32,000 nt of DNA from Pyrobaculum aerophilum str. IM2. Lineage in GTDB: Archaea; Thermoproteota; Thermoprotei; Thermoproteales; Thermoproteaceae. Position numbers and translations under genes: made by a program. The notes under the pieces are model-generated. The model was not told the origin of the DNA. It did no database searches and saw only the letters and a list, made by a program, of their open reading frames with translations. Positions 24,039 to 32,000 of the stretch are shown one piece after another. The stretch spans positions 930,001 to 962,000 of the forward strand of contig NC_003364.1 in NCBI RefSeq assembly GCF_000007225.1, in the 5' to 3' direction. How positions within the stretch are numbered: position 1 is the first letter of the stretch; every line of letters starts with the position of its first letter.

Positions 24039-24791
24039 ATGGTAGATAAGTTGTTAAACGCCACACTCAACGTAGTTAAGAACAGAGGAGAACAGCTATT
24101 TATAGACGTGGCTAGGCCTTATGCGTACACGCTAGTAGCCAAATTCGACAGAGATAAGTACATAATGAGAGTCGCAACAGACGCCGAGCAAGTCTCACAG
24201 AGCGCAATAAAAGACCTTAAGCTTCTTAGTATTCACACGAATGCGCCGAGCATATGCGTCGTATCAAGCGTGAAGGGACATTTATTACAGAGAGGAGTTG
24301 TATATCTCCGCGACGACGTTGTCTTCATGTCGCTGGCAACGCTTACGGATGTGCTAGAGGGGAAGAAGCCTATATTTAAACTCAACCGCGGCGTTATAAC
24401 TGCCTCTATAGACGGCGAAAAACTAAGAGCAAAAAGACAACAAGCCGGCTTGAGTTTAGGCACTCTCGCCACGAATCTAGGCGTCACAAGGGAGACTGTA
24501 TACCGCTATGAGCGCGGCGAAATAGAGGCGCCTCTCAAAATCGCTGAGAAATTAATTAACATGTTCGGCGAGGATATAACAAAAAAGATAAAAATAAACG
24601 AAACGCCCAAGGTAAGCCAAGAGGAGTTAGCCAGTAGGCAGATTGGCGCAAAAACATACAGACTTTTAGAGTCTCACCCAGACGCCATTAAGTGGGAGGA
24701 TAGGACTATTCTTATCTCAAGTAACGCCGAGAGGTATCAAAAGACTGTAGAGCTGGCCAACGCGCTTGGGGCGGAGGTGGAGAGGGCGTGA
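24039..24791 (+). CDS. Archaeal HTH-3 (XRE-type) transcriptional regulator, COG1395-like
   Basis: 'LRAKRQQAGLSLGTLATNLGVTRETVYRYERGE' is an XRE HTH embedded in a conserved archaeal scaffold. ATTTTTTAAATTT lies about 29 nt upstream of ATG 24039. The ORF is open from 23943. Confidence 0.75.
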   Translation: MVDKLLNATLNVVKNRGEQLFIDVARPYAYTLVAKFDRDKYIMRVATDAEQVSQSAIKDLKLLSIHTNAPSICVVSSVKGHLLQRGVVYLRDDVVFMSLATLTDVLEGKKPIFKLNRGVITASIDGEKLRAKRQQAGLSLGTLATNLGVTRETVYRYERGEIEAPLKIAEKLINMFGEDITKKIKINETPKVSQEELASRQIGAKTYRLLESHPDAIKWEDRTILISSNAERYQKTVELANALGAEVERA

Positions 24792-25879
24792 GACATTTAG
24801 TACTGAGGCGGGAGGGAGGCGTAAAGTTTTACGCGCCAGACCCTGAAAAGTACGGGGGCATTTACTCGGCGCCTGTCTTCTACAACCCCGCTATGGAGAA
24901 AAACAGGACTTTGTCCACGCTTCTGCTTAAGGCATACGGCAAGGGAGGGCTAGTGGTCTGTGAGCCCCTGAGCGGGACAGGTGTGAGGGGAATTAGATAC
25001 GCAGTTGAAAGCGGAGTTGTCGGCAAGCTCATACTAAATGATATATCTAAAGAGGCCGTTGAGTTGATAAAAAAGAACTTGGAAATAAATGGAGTCGACG
25101 CAGAAGTTTACAACGAAGATGCCAATGTCCTTTTGCATAAGTTAAAAGACTCTTGCGACGTTGTTGACATAGATCCCTTCGGCTCGCCCGCGCCATTTAT
25201 ACACGGGGCCTTTAGGGCTTTAAAAGAAGAGGGACTAATCTGTGCAACTGCCACAGATACCGCGGTTCTCGTCGGCAGATATCCTAGAAAGTGCCTCCGG
25301 AGATATGGCTCAGTTATAGTAAAAACCCCTTTTTATATAGAGGTAGGCCTCAGGAACTTGCTGGGTTATATTGCAAGAGTAGCCGCCGCTGAGGACTACA
25401 AGATAACGCCCCTTATGTCTTATTGGGAAGGACATTATTTCAGAGTCTGCGCCTACGCCGCCAGAGGGGCCCGCGACGCGGATGATAATTTCCACCATAT
25501 TGCCTATATAAAATACGAGAGAGGGGTGAGGAAAATCCTCCACGCCCAAAGCGAGGGTTCCTCAGGACCCCTCTGGGTCGGCCCGTTGGGCGACCCGCTT
25601 ATTATAAACAAGATGTCTGAGATCGGCCCATATCAAGACTTCTTAAAAATTCTAGCAGAGGAGTATTCAATATCTGCACCGTGGTTTTACAGGCTGCCAG
25701 AGTTCGCGGCGGGCGGCAAAAGCCCAACGCTAAAGGAGGCCGTAGGCGTGTTGAGAGCCGCAGGGATATACGCAGTGAGGACGCACATGGCTCCAGACGG
25801 GTTTAAAGCAGATGGGGAATACGGCGAAGTTCTCATGGCATTTAAAAGATATATTTCCTCCGCCCACTCGTTGCAATGA
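24788..25879 (+). CDS. trm1: tRNA (guanine26-N2)-dimethyltransferase Trm1
   Basis: 'VFYNPAMEKNRTLS', 'EPLSGTGVRGIRYA' and 'DIDPFGSPAPFI' are TRM1 family signatures. The GTG start overlaps the upstream stop (GTGA). Confidence 0.9.
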   Translation: MRHLVLRREGGVKFYAPDPEKYGGIYSAPVFYNPAMEKNRTLSTLLLKAYGKGGLVVCEPLSGTGVRGIRYAVESGVVGKLILNDISKEAVELIKKNLEINGVDAEVYNEDANVLLHKLKDSCDVVDIDPFGSPAPFIHGAFRALKEEGLICATATDTAVLVGRYPRKCLRRYGSVIVKTPFYIEVGLRNLLGYIARVAAAEDYKITPLMSYWEGHYFRVCAYAARGARDADDNFHHIAYIKYERGVRKILHAQSEGSSGPLWVGPLGDPLIINKMSEIGPYQDFLKILAEEYSISAPWFYRLPEFAAGGKSPTLKEAVGVLRAAGIYAVRTHMAPDGFKADGEYGEVLMAFKRYISSAHSLQ

Positions 25880-26400
25880 TTAATGTATTAGCCGTTGCCG
25901 GTCTGCCGGGCTCAGGGAAGACCACGGTGGCGCGAATTATTGAGAGACGCGGATATTTATACTACAGTTTGGGCGACGTGGTGAGGGCGGAGGCAGAAAG
26001 GCGGGGTTTAACCCCTGACAAAACGGCGGTCACTATGCGGCTAGAGAGAGGCAGAAAGGCCGTAATATACGAGCTTTTAAAAAGCGTAAAGCCCGGAGAG
26101 AAAGTAGTAATAGACGGAATAAGGAGTATAGAGGAGGTCGAGGCACTGGAGGAGTTTTTAGGCACCGTTTTTTTAATATATGTCGTCGCGTCTAGAAAAG
26201 TGAGATACCAAAGACTGACAGGTAGGGGGAGGAGCGACGACCCCTTGTCGTTTTCCCAATTCCTCTTGAGAGATCTCAGAGAGTTGAGATTCGGCCTAGC
26301 GGATTTGCTGTCAAGAGCCGACTACATAATAGTAAACGAAACAAAGAGTATTGAAGAGTTAGAGCAAGAGATAGGAAAGGTGTTACTTGAACTGCGTTAA
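25876..26400 (+). CDS. P-loop nucleotide kinase-like protein (UPF0200 / dephospho-CoA-kinase-like)
   Basis: Walker A 'VAGLPGSGKTTVA'. 174 aa. The ATG overlaps the trm1 stop (ATGA). Confidence 0.7.
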   Translation: MINVLAVAGLPGSGKTTVARIIERRGYLYYSLGDVVRAEAERRGLTPDKTAVTMRLERGRKAVIYELLKSVKPGEKVVIDGIRSIEEVEALEEFLGTVFLIYVVASRKVRYQRLTGRGRSDDPLSFSQFLLRDLRELRFGLADLLSRADYIIVNETKSIEELEQEIGKVLLELR

Positions 26401-26461
26401 GCGCTTCCATCGCCCCTTTTATTCTGTACAGGGGTATTTTCGGCTCTAGATATACGCCGTT

Positions 26462-26665
26462 ATGGCAAACGCGTGGTTAATTGAAGAAAAAGCCGTCGTT
26501 TTAGCCGCCCCAACGGGCGGCCAGGCAATAAGGGGGAAGGGGCGTACCGTGAGTCTTTACGCTAAACATCTCTTCGCCCTGGCCAAGTACAGGGGAGTGG
26601 GCTGGGAGTTATTGAGATGGTACGCCGAGGTGATAAGAGAACAAACTAGCAACCCGACGAAATAA
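26462..26665 (+). pseudogene. Solo C-terminal remnant of a paREP2b-like gene
   Basis: AIRGKGRTVSLYAKHLFALAKYRGVGWELLRWYAEVIRE matches only the last ~60 aa of the 20043-20696 product. No upstream paREP sequence is present. Confidence 0.65.
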
Positions 26666-26672
26666 AGGCAAG

Positions 26673-26682
26673 AATTTTAAAG
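26673..26682 (+). promoter_or_regulatory. TATA-like box upstream of the UPF0201-like gene
   Basis: AATTTTAAAG is centred about 27 nt upstream of ATG 26705. Confidence 0.45.
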
Positions 26683-26704
26683 AGTGTGAAAAAATAACAG
26701 GAAC

Positions 26705-27136
26705 ATGAGAGTGGAGGCCATTGTAGAAGTGAGAATGACAGAGGACAGAGGCAAGGTCTTAAAGGCGTTAGAAAATGTCTTCACCCCCATGAGGATAGAG
26801 GAGAGACAAAGTGATATGGGGACGATCCTTGTGGCCACGTGTGAGGGCCATAAGTGTCTAGAGAAGTTGAGAAGCGCCATCTGGCGCCAAGGGATACAAG
26901 ACGCCGCTAGGAGCGTTATATCCCGGGGGATTGTAGGCGAAGACACAGTGGTTTTTTCAGTAAACAAGCAGGCTGCATATGTGGGAGTCGTCAGTTTCGT
27001 CACAGAGGCAGGCGAGTCGCCGCTGGGACCCATAACCTTTACAGTAAAGACAAACGACGTGCGCCAGTTTATCGACTGGCTAGCCCCCCGAACGTATAGA
27101 GGAAGGGTGTACTACGAAGCGCCTCCACCTGACTAA
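26705..27136 (+). CDS. UPF0201 / COG1931-like predicted RNA-binding protein
   Basis: 'FSVNKQAAYVG' and 'ESPLGPITF' match my recollection of conserved blocks of this archaeal family. 143 aa. Confidence 0.6.
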   Translation: MRVEAIVEVRMTEDRGKVLKALENVFTPMRIEERQSDMGTILVATCEGHKCLEKLRSAIWRQGIQDAARSVISRGIVGEDTVVFSVNKQAAYVGVVSFVTEAGESPLGPITFTVKTNDVRQFIDWLAPRTYRGRVYYEAPPPD

Positions 27137-27300
27137 CAGAGGTTTGAAGAGCCACATGTTGGAATGCCCGTCTCTGCGCCGTAGGGCAATACGTAGGAAG
27201 TAAACGCCACTCCTCCCGCCCTCGGCCTCAGAGCCGTTGAAGGCTCTTTGCGAGAGATACCCACAATAGACGTAGATTAGTCTAGCCACGTTTGGGATAG

Positions 27301-27981
27301 CTAAGCTTGTACTATGTAAATAACCCTGTACAATCCGCCGTGTAAATACATTGTGCAACTTTTTAAATAGGGGAAGTCGACGTAAATGGGAGAGGCGAAT
27401 ACAATAAATCCACCGCTCTTTACTAAAGAAAGCGCTGTTTCAATAAACTCGCGTAACAACGCCCTGACTTCTCTCTCAGTTTTTGAAAGCCTACCGTAGG
27501 GAGGGTCGCCGACTATTGCGTCGAATTTTTTCGCCAGCGGTGGGTACAGCGCGTCTGCCACTACTAAATCCCCCGAGGTGTTTTTTCGCGCCAAATCAAG
27601 CGCCTTCAAGTCCACGTCGCCTCCTACCACGTAGCCGCCTACTCTCTCCACCTCATACGCCACAGCCCCAGTGCCCACAAAAGGCTCCCACACCCAGCTT
27701 CCCCGCACAACCCGCGCCAAATTTACCATTGTCCTCGCAGTTATATAGTCCAGAGTCTTAACCGACCTCGCAATTTGCGGCTTTTCCTTCCTTATTCTTT
27801 CGCCGTTAATTGACTTGGCAAGCGCCGACCTTTTGAAGATCTCACACGACGGACATTTAAAAACGGCGTGTTGTCCTCTTATTTCAACCTCTTGACATCC
27901 CCCTATCTCAGCTAGAGCGTATGCTTCTTCCAGTGAAAGACAAGGGTACCTCGCCCCAAGCTCTATGCGGCACAGCGTCAC
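27301..27981 (-). CDS. SAM-dependent methyltransferase with DPPY motif (UPF0020/Trm11-like RNA methylase core, no THUMP domain seen)
   Basis: 'WEPFVGTGAVAYE' (motif I) and 'IVGDPPYG' (motif IV). N-terminal Cys pairs are present (C..C, CPSC). The GTG start overlaps the upstream stop (GTGA). Confidence 0.7.
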   Translation of the reverse strand: MTLCRIELGARYPCLSLEEAYALAEIGGCQEVEIRGQHAVFKCPSCEIFKRSALAKSINGERIRKEKPQIARSVKTLDYITARTMVNLARVVRGSWVWEPFVGTGAVAYEVERVGGYVVGGDVDLKALDLARKNTSGDLVVADALYPPLAKKFDAIVGDPPYGRLSKTEREVRALLREFIETALSLVKSGGFIVFASPIYVDFPYLKSCTMYLHGGLYRVIYIVQA

Positions 27982-28970
27982 TTTCTTATTGACCTAGCGA
28001 TGTAAACAGCCAACACTACTGCAAATACGAACGCTAGGAATTCCCCAACCGCAGTAAGGATCTCCACAAGCCCCTTCCTTGGGTTTAGAATAAGGGGGAA
28101 TAGAAAGTAAAAAAACGAAAAAGTTAGCCCTCCTGCTATAATGCCTCCGAATTTTACTCTTTTTGTGAGGAAGTACGCCTCTGTAATGTAAGAGACGTAC
28201 GGCAAAATTGATGCCGCCAGCAGTAAGTAATATGGTATCCAGCTTTCGCCGATAAATAATGAGAATAAGTATAGCACAATAACAAACATCGCCACGAGCG
28301 TTATTATAAATGTAATTTCATATCGTTTTAATACTTCTCTGAGAAAGTCGTATATACCAAATCCATATAACATTATAAAGAAAGCGAAAAATAATAATAT
28401 AATATTCAATATATATCTTATAATCTCCATATTAAAAGTTGCTCCCAGTAGTGTAATAAAAGCGAGTAGCGCCGGGATGCCGACTGTGTATCTCCTGTAC
28501 TCCGGCTCTTTAACTGCCTTGCTCAGGTAATATCTAAACAACGTCACTGTTTCCTCCACGCCTCTAGCCTGTTTCACTACCACTCTATAAACAGACATCA
28601 CAGGCCTTTTAGCCTGTATGGCGGGAACTGCCGCCTCGTCGCTCGGCCCGTCGGAGACGAAATACACCACGTCTGCATCAAAGAGAGACAGTACAGTTTC
28701 CAACTCCCTCACCACCACCACGTCGGCTACCGCCGGGTCAGGCGAGCCGCTGACTACGGCAACGTTTATATTCTCCGGGCCGTATTCAGCGGATAACTTG
28801 TCGTAAATCTTTACGGCGGCAAATATCGCGTTTGCATCGGAATCGTCTGGATTAGCAAGGATATACCTTATTGCGAGTCTGAGGACTTCGTCTCTTCCAA
28901 CAACTGGGGTCTCAAAGCCCTGGGCCTTTAGATCTCCGTCTCTGTCGACGTAGAGTACAAGAACACGCAC
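27978..28970 (-). CDS. DUF373-like archaeal membrane protein (soluble N-domain plus multi-TM C-domain)
   Basis: MRVLVLYVDRDGDL...DDSDANAIFAA... N-terminal domain followed by about 6 hydrophobic helices. The GTG start overlaps the upstream TAG by 1 nt. Confidence 0.7.
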   Translation of the reverse strand: MRVLVLYVDRDGDLKAQGFETPVVGRDEVLRLAIRYILANPDDSDANAIFAAVKIYDKLSAEYGPENINVAVVSGSPDPAVADVVVVRELETVLSLFDADVVYFVSDGPSDEAAVPAIQAKRPVMSVYRVVVKQARGVEETVTLFRYYLSKAVKEPEYRRYTVGIPALLAFITLLGATFNMEIIRYILNIILLFFAFFIMLYGFGIYDFLREVLKRYEITFIITLVAMFVIVLYLFSLFIGESWIPYYLLLAASILPYVSYITEAYFLTKRVKFGGIIAGGLTFSFFYFLFPLILNPRKGLVEILTAVGEFLAFVFAVVLAVYIARSIRK

Positions 28971-29959
28971 TACTCCTCTGGCAGGTAGCCTGCCTCTATT
29001 AATATCTTTATCTCTTCATGTGTCAGCCTCTCGCCGTTTAGTAACTTGTTGTATAAAGCCTCTGCCCTCTCTTTTAACGACGCCGCGCGTAGCTCTCTAG
29101 CCGCAACCCTGGCCTTGTTCTTCTCCGCCAGTTCCAAAGCCTTTAAAAGGACGTTATACTTCTCGAGCTCCTCTTGCACAGCCCTCCTCTTCTCCCTCAG
29201 CTCTTTCCGTTTTAAGGCGAGTTGTAATATTTCAGCTTTTAATTCCTCACGACGTTTTTTCAACTCCTCCCTTTTCTCCTTTAGCTTTGTCAATTCTTTA
29301 TATATTTCTTGCCTACTCGCCTTTAACTGGCTTAACTCCTGCTTCACTGTAGTCAAGTCCTGCACCAGCCTGGCTATCTCGTTTCTAATAGACTCTCTTT
29401 TGTTTTTAAAGTCGTCAATTTGAGCTTTTAACTCTGCTATATGCGCCTTAACTTTTTCCATGGAGTCTGCCAGATTAAGCTCTTTCTCAATTTGACTTAT
29501 GTACTTGATAAACTGCCTTTCCCACTCGGGGTTTGTTGGCGACGTTTCAAAAAAGTATTCAAGTTGTTCAATTATACGCTTTAATTTCTCTTTCTCAAGA
29601 GGTTTACCGCCTACATATTCATTAATTGTAGATAGTAAATTTCTATAAATCGTCATTTTTTCTCTATATTTTTGTAGTGTAATATTTATTTGCAATAATT
29701 CATTTCTAAGAGTTCTAATCTGGTTTATTATTTGACTTTTCCTCTCCACAAGAGAGCCGATCAGCTCCCTAGTCTTTTGTAACTGGTTTCTCTTGCCCTC
29801 TATTAAAGATCTCACCTCTGCTATTTGTTTACGAATTTCGTCGAGAAGAGCCCTTTTATTGTTTATTTCATTTGTTAAGCCGTCAATTTGCCTCTGGATC
29901 TCGTCAAGTTGAGAATTCACCTCGCGAATTTTTTCAAGCAGTTCTTCTTTATTAAGCAC
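28970..29959 (-). CDS. Archaeal coiled-coil protein (COG1340-like)
   Basis: 329 aa, almost entirely heptad-like K/E/L/Q/R-rich sequence. GTG start, with ATTTAAATT upstream on the minus strand. Confidence 0.7.
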   Translation of the reverse strand: MLNKEELLEKIREVNSQLDEIQRQIDGLTNEINNKRALLDEIRKQIAEVRSLIEGKRNQLQKTRELIGSLVERKSQIINQIRTLRNELLQINITLQKYREKMTIYRNLLSTINEYVGGKPLEKEKLKRIIEQLEYFFETSPTNPEWERQFIKYISQIEKELNLADSMEKVKAHIAELKAQIDDFKNKRESIRNEIARLVQDLTTVKQELSQLKASRQEIYKELTKLKEKREELKKRREELKAEILQLALKRKELREKRRAVQEELEKYNVLLKALELAEKNKARVAARELRAASLKERAEALYNKLLNGERLTHEEIKILIEAGYLPEE

Positions 29960-30063
29960 GCTTTTAGAAAACCTCTAATTTAAATCTTATACCACCCCTT
30001 ATAGCAACATCTCAGCGTTTAGCCAAAAAGTAAAAATTAAAATATTACACGTAACTTACTGCT

Positions 30064-30777
30064 ATGAGTTACCAACATGTTGCTATTTACATAGCGGGAG
30101 ATATTATAGTGTCAGATAATCCCGGTGAGGCTATTAAAAAGTGGAGACTTATTTTCGGCTTGACCCAGACCGCTATTGCAACGCGGCTAAAAACTTCGCC
30201 TAGTGTAATAAGCGATTACGAGTCTGGCCGCAGGAAGTTCCCAGGTTCTAGATTTGTCAAAAAATTTGTACAGGCGTTGATAGAGACGGATTTAGAGCGG
30301 GGAGGCATTGTGATAAACCTCCTTGAGCGCCAGTTGTTAAAAGAGAAGTTCTGGATAGCAGTGTTAGACATGAGGGAGTTTACTGAGCCAGTCCCAGTGT
30401 CCAATTTTCTACAGGCAATAGACGCCGAGGTAATAGTATCGCCTCCCGCCGGGCTTGACGTGCATGGCTACACTATTGTCGACAGTGTCAGGCTGGTGTT
30501 AGAAGTCCCCTCTGTGGAATACGTGAGGCTGTATGGTAGCACGACTCAACGCGCCGCTATATTCACCAAAGTGTCTACGGGTAGGTCGCCTATGATAGCA
30601 ATAAAATCCATGTCCGCAGTTTTGAGCGTTAAACCCGCTCTAGTTGTCCTCCACGGGATAAAATCCGAGGCGGTTGATCCCCTGGCAGTCGAGATCGCTA
30701 AGAGAGGCCACATCCCTCTGGCGACTACCACAATGGGTATAGAGAAGCTAATAGAAAATCTGAGACACTTTAAATAA
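30064..30777 (+). CDS. Archaeal HTH-3 regulator, COG1709-like
   Basis: 'IKKWRLIFGLTQTAIATRLKTSPSVISDYESGRR' is an XRE HTH, followed by a ~150-aa conserved C-terminal domain. Confidence 0.7.
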   Translation: MSYQHVAIYIAGDIIVSDNPGEAIKKWRLIFGLTQTAIATRLKTSPSVISDYESGRRKFPGSRFVKKFVQALIETDLERGGIVINLLERQLLKEKFWIAVLDMREFTEPVPVSNFLQAIDAEVIVSPPAGLDVHGYTIVDSVRLVLEVPSVEYVRLYGSTTQRAAIFTKVSTGRSPMIAIKSMSAVLSVKPALVVLHGIKSEAVDPLAVEIAKRGHIPLATTTMGIEKLIENLRHFK

Positions 30778-31257
30778 TTATTTCGACCCATCGTTAATAA
30801 TTCTCGATATTCTCAACAAGTTCCCTAATCCTTTAGTTGCCTCGTGCCTCTTCTTCAGCCTCCTCTCCTTTGCCTTCTTCTTATACTTATAGTTATGAGT
30901 CTCTCTGAACTTAGTCGAGACTAAGCCACGCGATTTTCTGCCGGCGGATGTGAGACCTCTAAAGGCCCTGCCTCTTTTTCGTTTGACTTTTACCAGTTTT
31001 GGATACGTCGGGTCAGGAGCCTGGGCCCTGCCCTCTAGAAGGTCTATTAGCCACTTTCTCAACGCTTCAATGTTCTGGGGCCAAGACGTCTCCCTTCTCT
31101 CGTCCACTGGTATTCCCAGCAACCTTGCTTGATCCACGCTGAGACCTAAAGCGCGTAGCTCTCCTATGGAGAACCCTCTGCCGTACTTCCACTTAACTAC
31201 TCCGCCGTGGGTTATTTTGGCGGGCGTCTTAACAAGCGGCTTGGGCACAGATGCCAT
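30778..31257 (-). CDS. rpl13e: Ribosomal protein L13e (eL13)
   Basis: '[30 protein letters not shown]' closely parallels eukaryotic RPL13 'GRGFSLEELRVAGI...GISVDPRR'. The C-terminus is basic. Confidence 0.85.
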   Translation of the reverse strand: MASVPKPLVKTPAKITHGGVVKWKYGRGFSIGELRALGLSVDQARLLGIPVDERRETSWPQNIEALRKWLIDLLEGRAQAPDPTYPKLVKVKRKRGRAFRGLTSAGRKSRGLVSTKFRETHNYKYKKKAKERRLKKRHEATKGLGNLLRISRIINDGSK

Positions 31258-31332
31258 TGATCCCCTTCAAAAACCTCTTTATAAATCTTAGCCCGCAGAC
31301 AAGCTTATTTACTGGCGTTAACTCTCCACTAG

Positions 31333-31644
31333 ATGCACCGGACTCTAGCCACAGTGGCGCTCTTCAAATTTTTCATAGCCGCTGTGATATTCTCCACTAC
31401 TTCGGCCATAGATCCGGTACTGTTAACTAGCAGTCTGTTAATGGCCATATCGGCTTTAATATTGCGTATAGTAGAGGAGGGAGAAGTGGCATTTGTACTG
31501 GTAGGGCTCATATTACTAATTGATATAATAGGCCTGCTCCTCTCATTTACATATGCAACATTTAAAATAATTCTGTCATATATTTTCCTTATAATATGGG
31601 ATATTCAAATACTTATACTTTTTAGACAAATTTTACAGAGTTAA
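31333..31644 (+). CDS. Hypothetical small polytopic membrane protein
   Basis: 103 aa with 3-4 hydrophobic segments. Preferred over the antisense 60-aa ORF on hydrophobic periodicity only. Lies in an AT-rich region. Confidence 0.4.
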   Translation: MHRTLATVALFKFFIAAVIFSTTSAIDPVLLTSSLLMAISALILRIVEEGEVAFVLVGLILLIDIIGLLLSFTYATFKIILSYIFLIIWDIQILILFRQILQS

Positions 31645-31645
31645 T

Positions 31646-31984
31646 TTATTCAACAACTTTAATACTTCTATGTATCTTATAAAAGTCTAAAAACCCCCAC
31701 GCCTCAAATACAATCTCTAATTCCCCGGGTCCAGCCAATATCTTAACTATATTACCATCAACGGTATACTGAACAGCCCCCTTAGCATTAACTCTATACC
31801 TAAAATTTTGAACAAAGATATAGAGTTTGTCTAAATCTATAATTCCTCCGCTTTTTATTAATGTAGGTAGAGGATACTTTTTAAAAATATTAACAAGCCT
31901 ATAATCATATTGTATTTTCTGGAATAAGTAAATACCAATTATCGTTATTATAATAGATGTTAATAACTCAAAAGTTAGGTTCAT
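31646..31984 (-). CDS. Hypothetical protein with N-terminal TM/signal-anchor
   Basis: MNLTFELLTSIIITIIGIYLF followed by a ~90-aa soluble domain. AT-rich codon usage. Confidence 0.4.
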   Translation of the reverse strand: MNLTFELLTSIIITIIGIYLFQKIQYDYRLVNIFKKYPLPTLIKSGGIIDLDKLYIFVQNFRYRVNAKGAVQYTVDGNIVKILAGPGELEIVFEAWGFLDFYKIHRSIKVVE

Positions 31985-32000
31985 TGTAATTTATTGATAA

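Noticed and set aside
27229-27250. Short hairpin AGAGCC-GTTGAA-GGCTCT in the convergent intergenic region, and the 92-aa ORF at 27080-27358.
   Set aside because: A 6-bp stem is weak, and archaeal termination relies mainly on T-tracts. The ORF overlaps two better genes and has no motif.
30772-30783. Perfect 12-bp palindrome AAATAATTATTT containing the abutting stop codons of the COG1709 regulator and L13e genes.
   Set aside because: It is most simply explained by two convergent TAA stops in an A/T-rich terminator context, with oligo-T on both strands. It may act as a bidirectional terminator, but nothing marks it as unusual.
1-32000. Scan for CRISPR arrays, tRNA or rRNA genes, and recognisable IS transposases or integrases.
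   Set aside because: I found no regularly spaced short repeats, no tRNA-like T-arm or anticodon architecture, and no rRNA-like segments. None of the translated ORFs shows DDE, HUH or tyrosine- or serine-recombinase motifs. Absence is by eye only.
31500-32000. Markedly AT-rich end of the window with two small membrane-protein ORFs. I considered it as the edge of a horizontally acquired island.
   Set aside because: The window ends here, so context is missing. The AT-richness is largely explained by Ile/Leu/Phe/Lys/Asn-rich membrane-protein coding sequence. There is no boundary signature such as a repeat, tRNA or integrase.

Overview
The window looks like a hyperthermophilic crenarchaeal chromosome, most probably Pyrobaculum (P. 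aerophilum-like). This is an inference. The 302-aa phosphoglucose/phosphomannose isomerase matches my recollection of the structurally characterised P. aerophilum enzyme. Three copies or fragments of gene families I recall being labelled 'paREP2' in that genome are also present. I could not run any search.

The window is gene-dense, with about 40 protein genes. Most starts sit 20-30 nt downstream of an A/T-rich TATA-like box and have no Shine-Dalgarno sequence, consistent with leaderless transcripts. Many neighbouring genes are joined by ATGA/GTGA start-stop overlaps.

Housekeeping content:
- Metabolism and translation: GTP cyclohydrolase I plus an SDR, uracil phosphoribosyltransferase, PGI/PMI, Ile-tRNA synthetase, Trm1, ribosomal protein L13e.
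- Proteases and helicase: M1 aminopeptidase with a HEAT-repeat tail, an A24 prepilin-peptidase-like protease, an XPB/Rad25-like helicase.
- Regulators and RNA-binding: an Lrp/AsnC regulator, two archaeal HTH-3 regulators, a PUA protein.
- Envelope: a GT2 and a GT39/PMT-like glycosyltransferase.
- Conserved uncharacterised families (recalled labels): UPF0148-, UPF0200- and UPF0201-like proteins, and a coiled-coil/DUF373/methyltransferase operon.

No rRNA, tRNA or CRISPR array was seen.

Most interesting observations:
1. A three-gene paREP cassette (19010-20696) is bracketed by a perfect 22-bp direct repeat. It is inserted between the ileS stop codon and two tandem C/D-box sRNAs that the ORF track cannot show.
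2. A second, inverted and heavily frameshifted copy of the same cassette lies at 9001-10668, so the two copies bracket about 8.3 kb of essential genes. A third, miniature remnant lies at 26401-26665.
3. A winged-helix protein gene is split by a frameshift exactly at an A7G5 homopolymer run.
4. A tricistronic operon of tiny membrane proteins includes a 36-aa ORF below the ORF-track cutoff.
5. The XPB-like helicase carries an extra N-terminal region of about 220 aa, joined to the core through a 24% GC patch, and sits next to a cluster of small wHTH proteins.

All family assignments are from motif recognition by eye. Identities, RNA targets and mobility claims need computation or experiments as specified.
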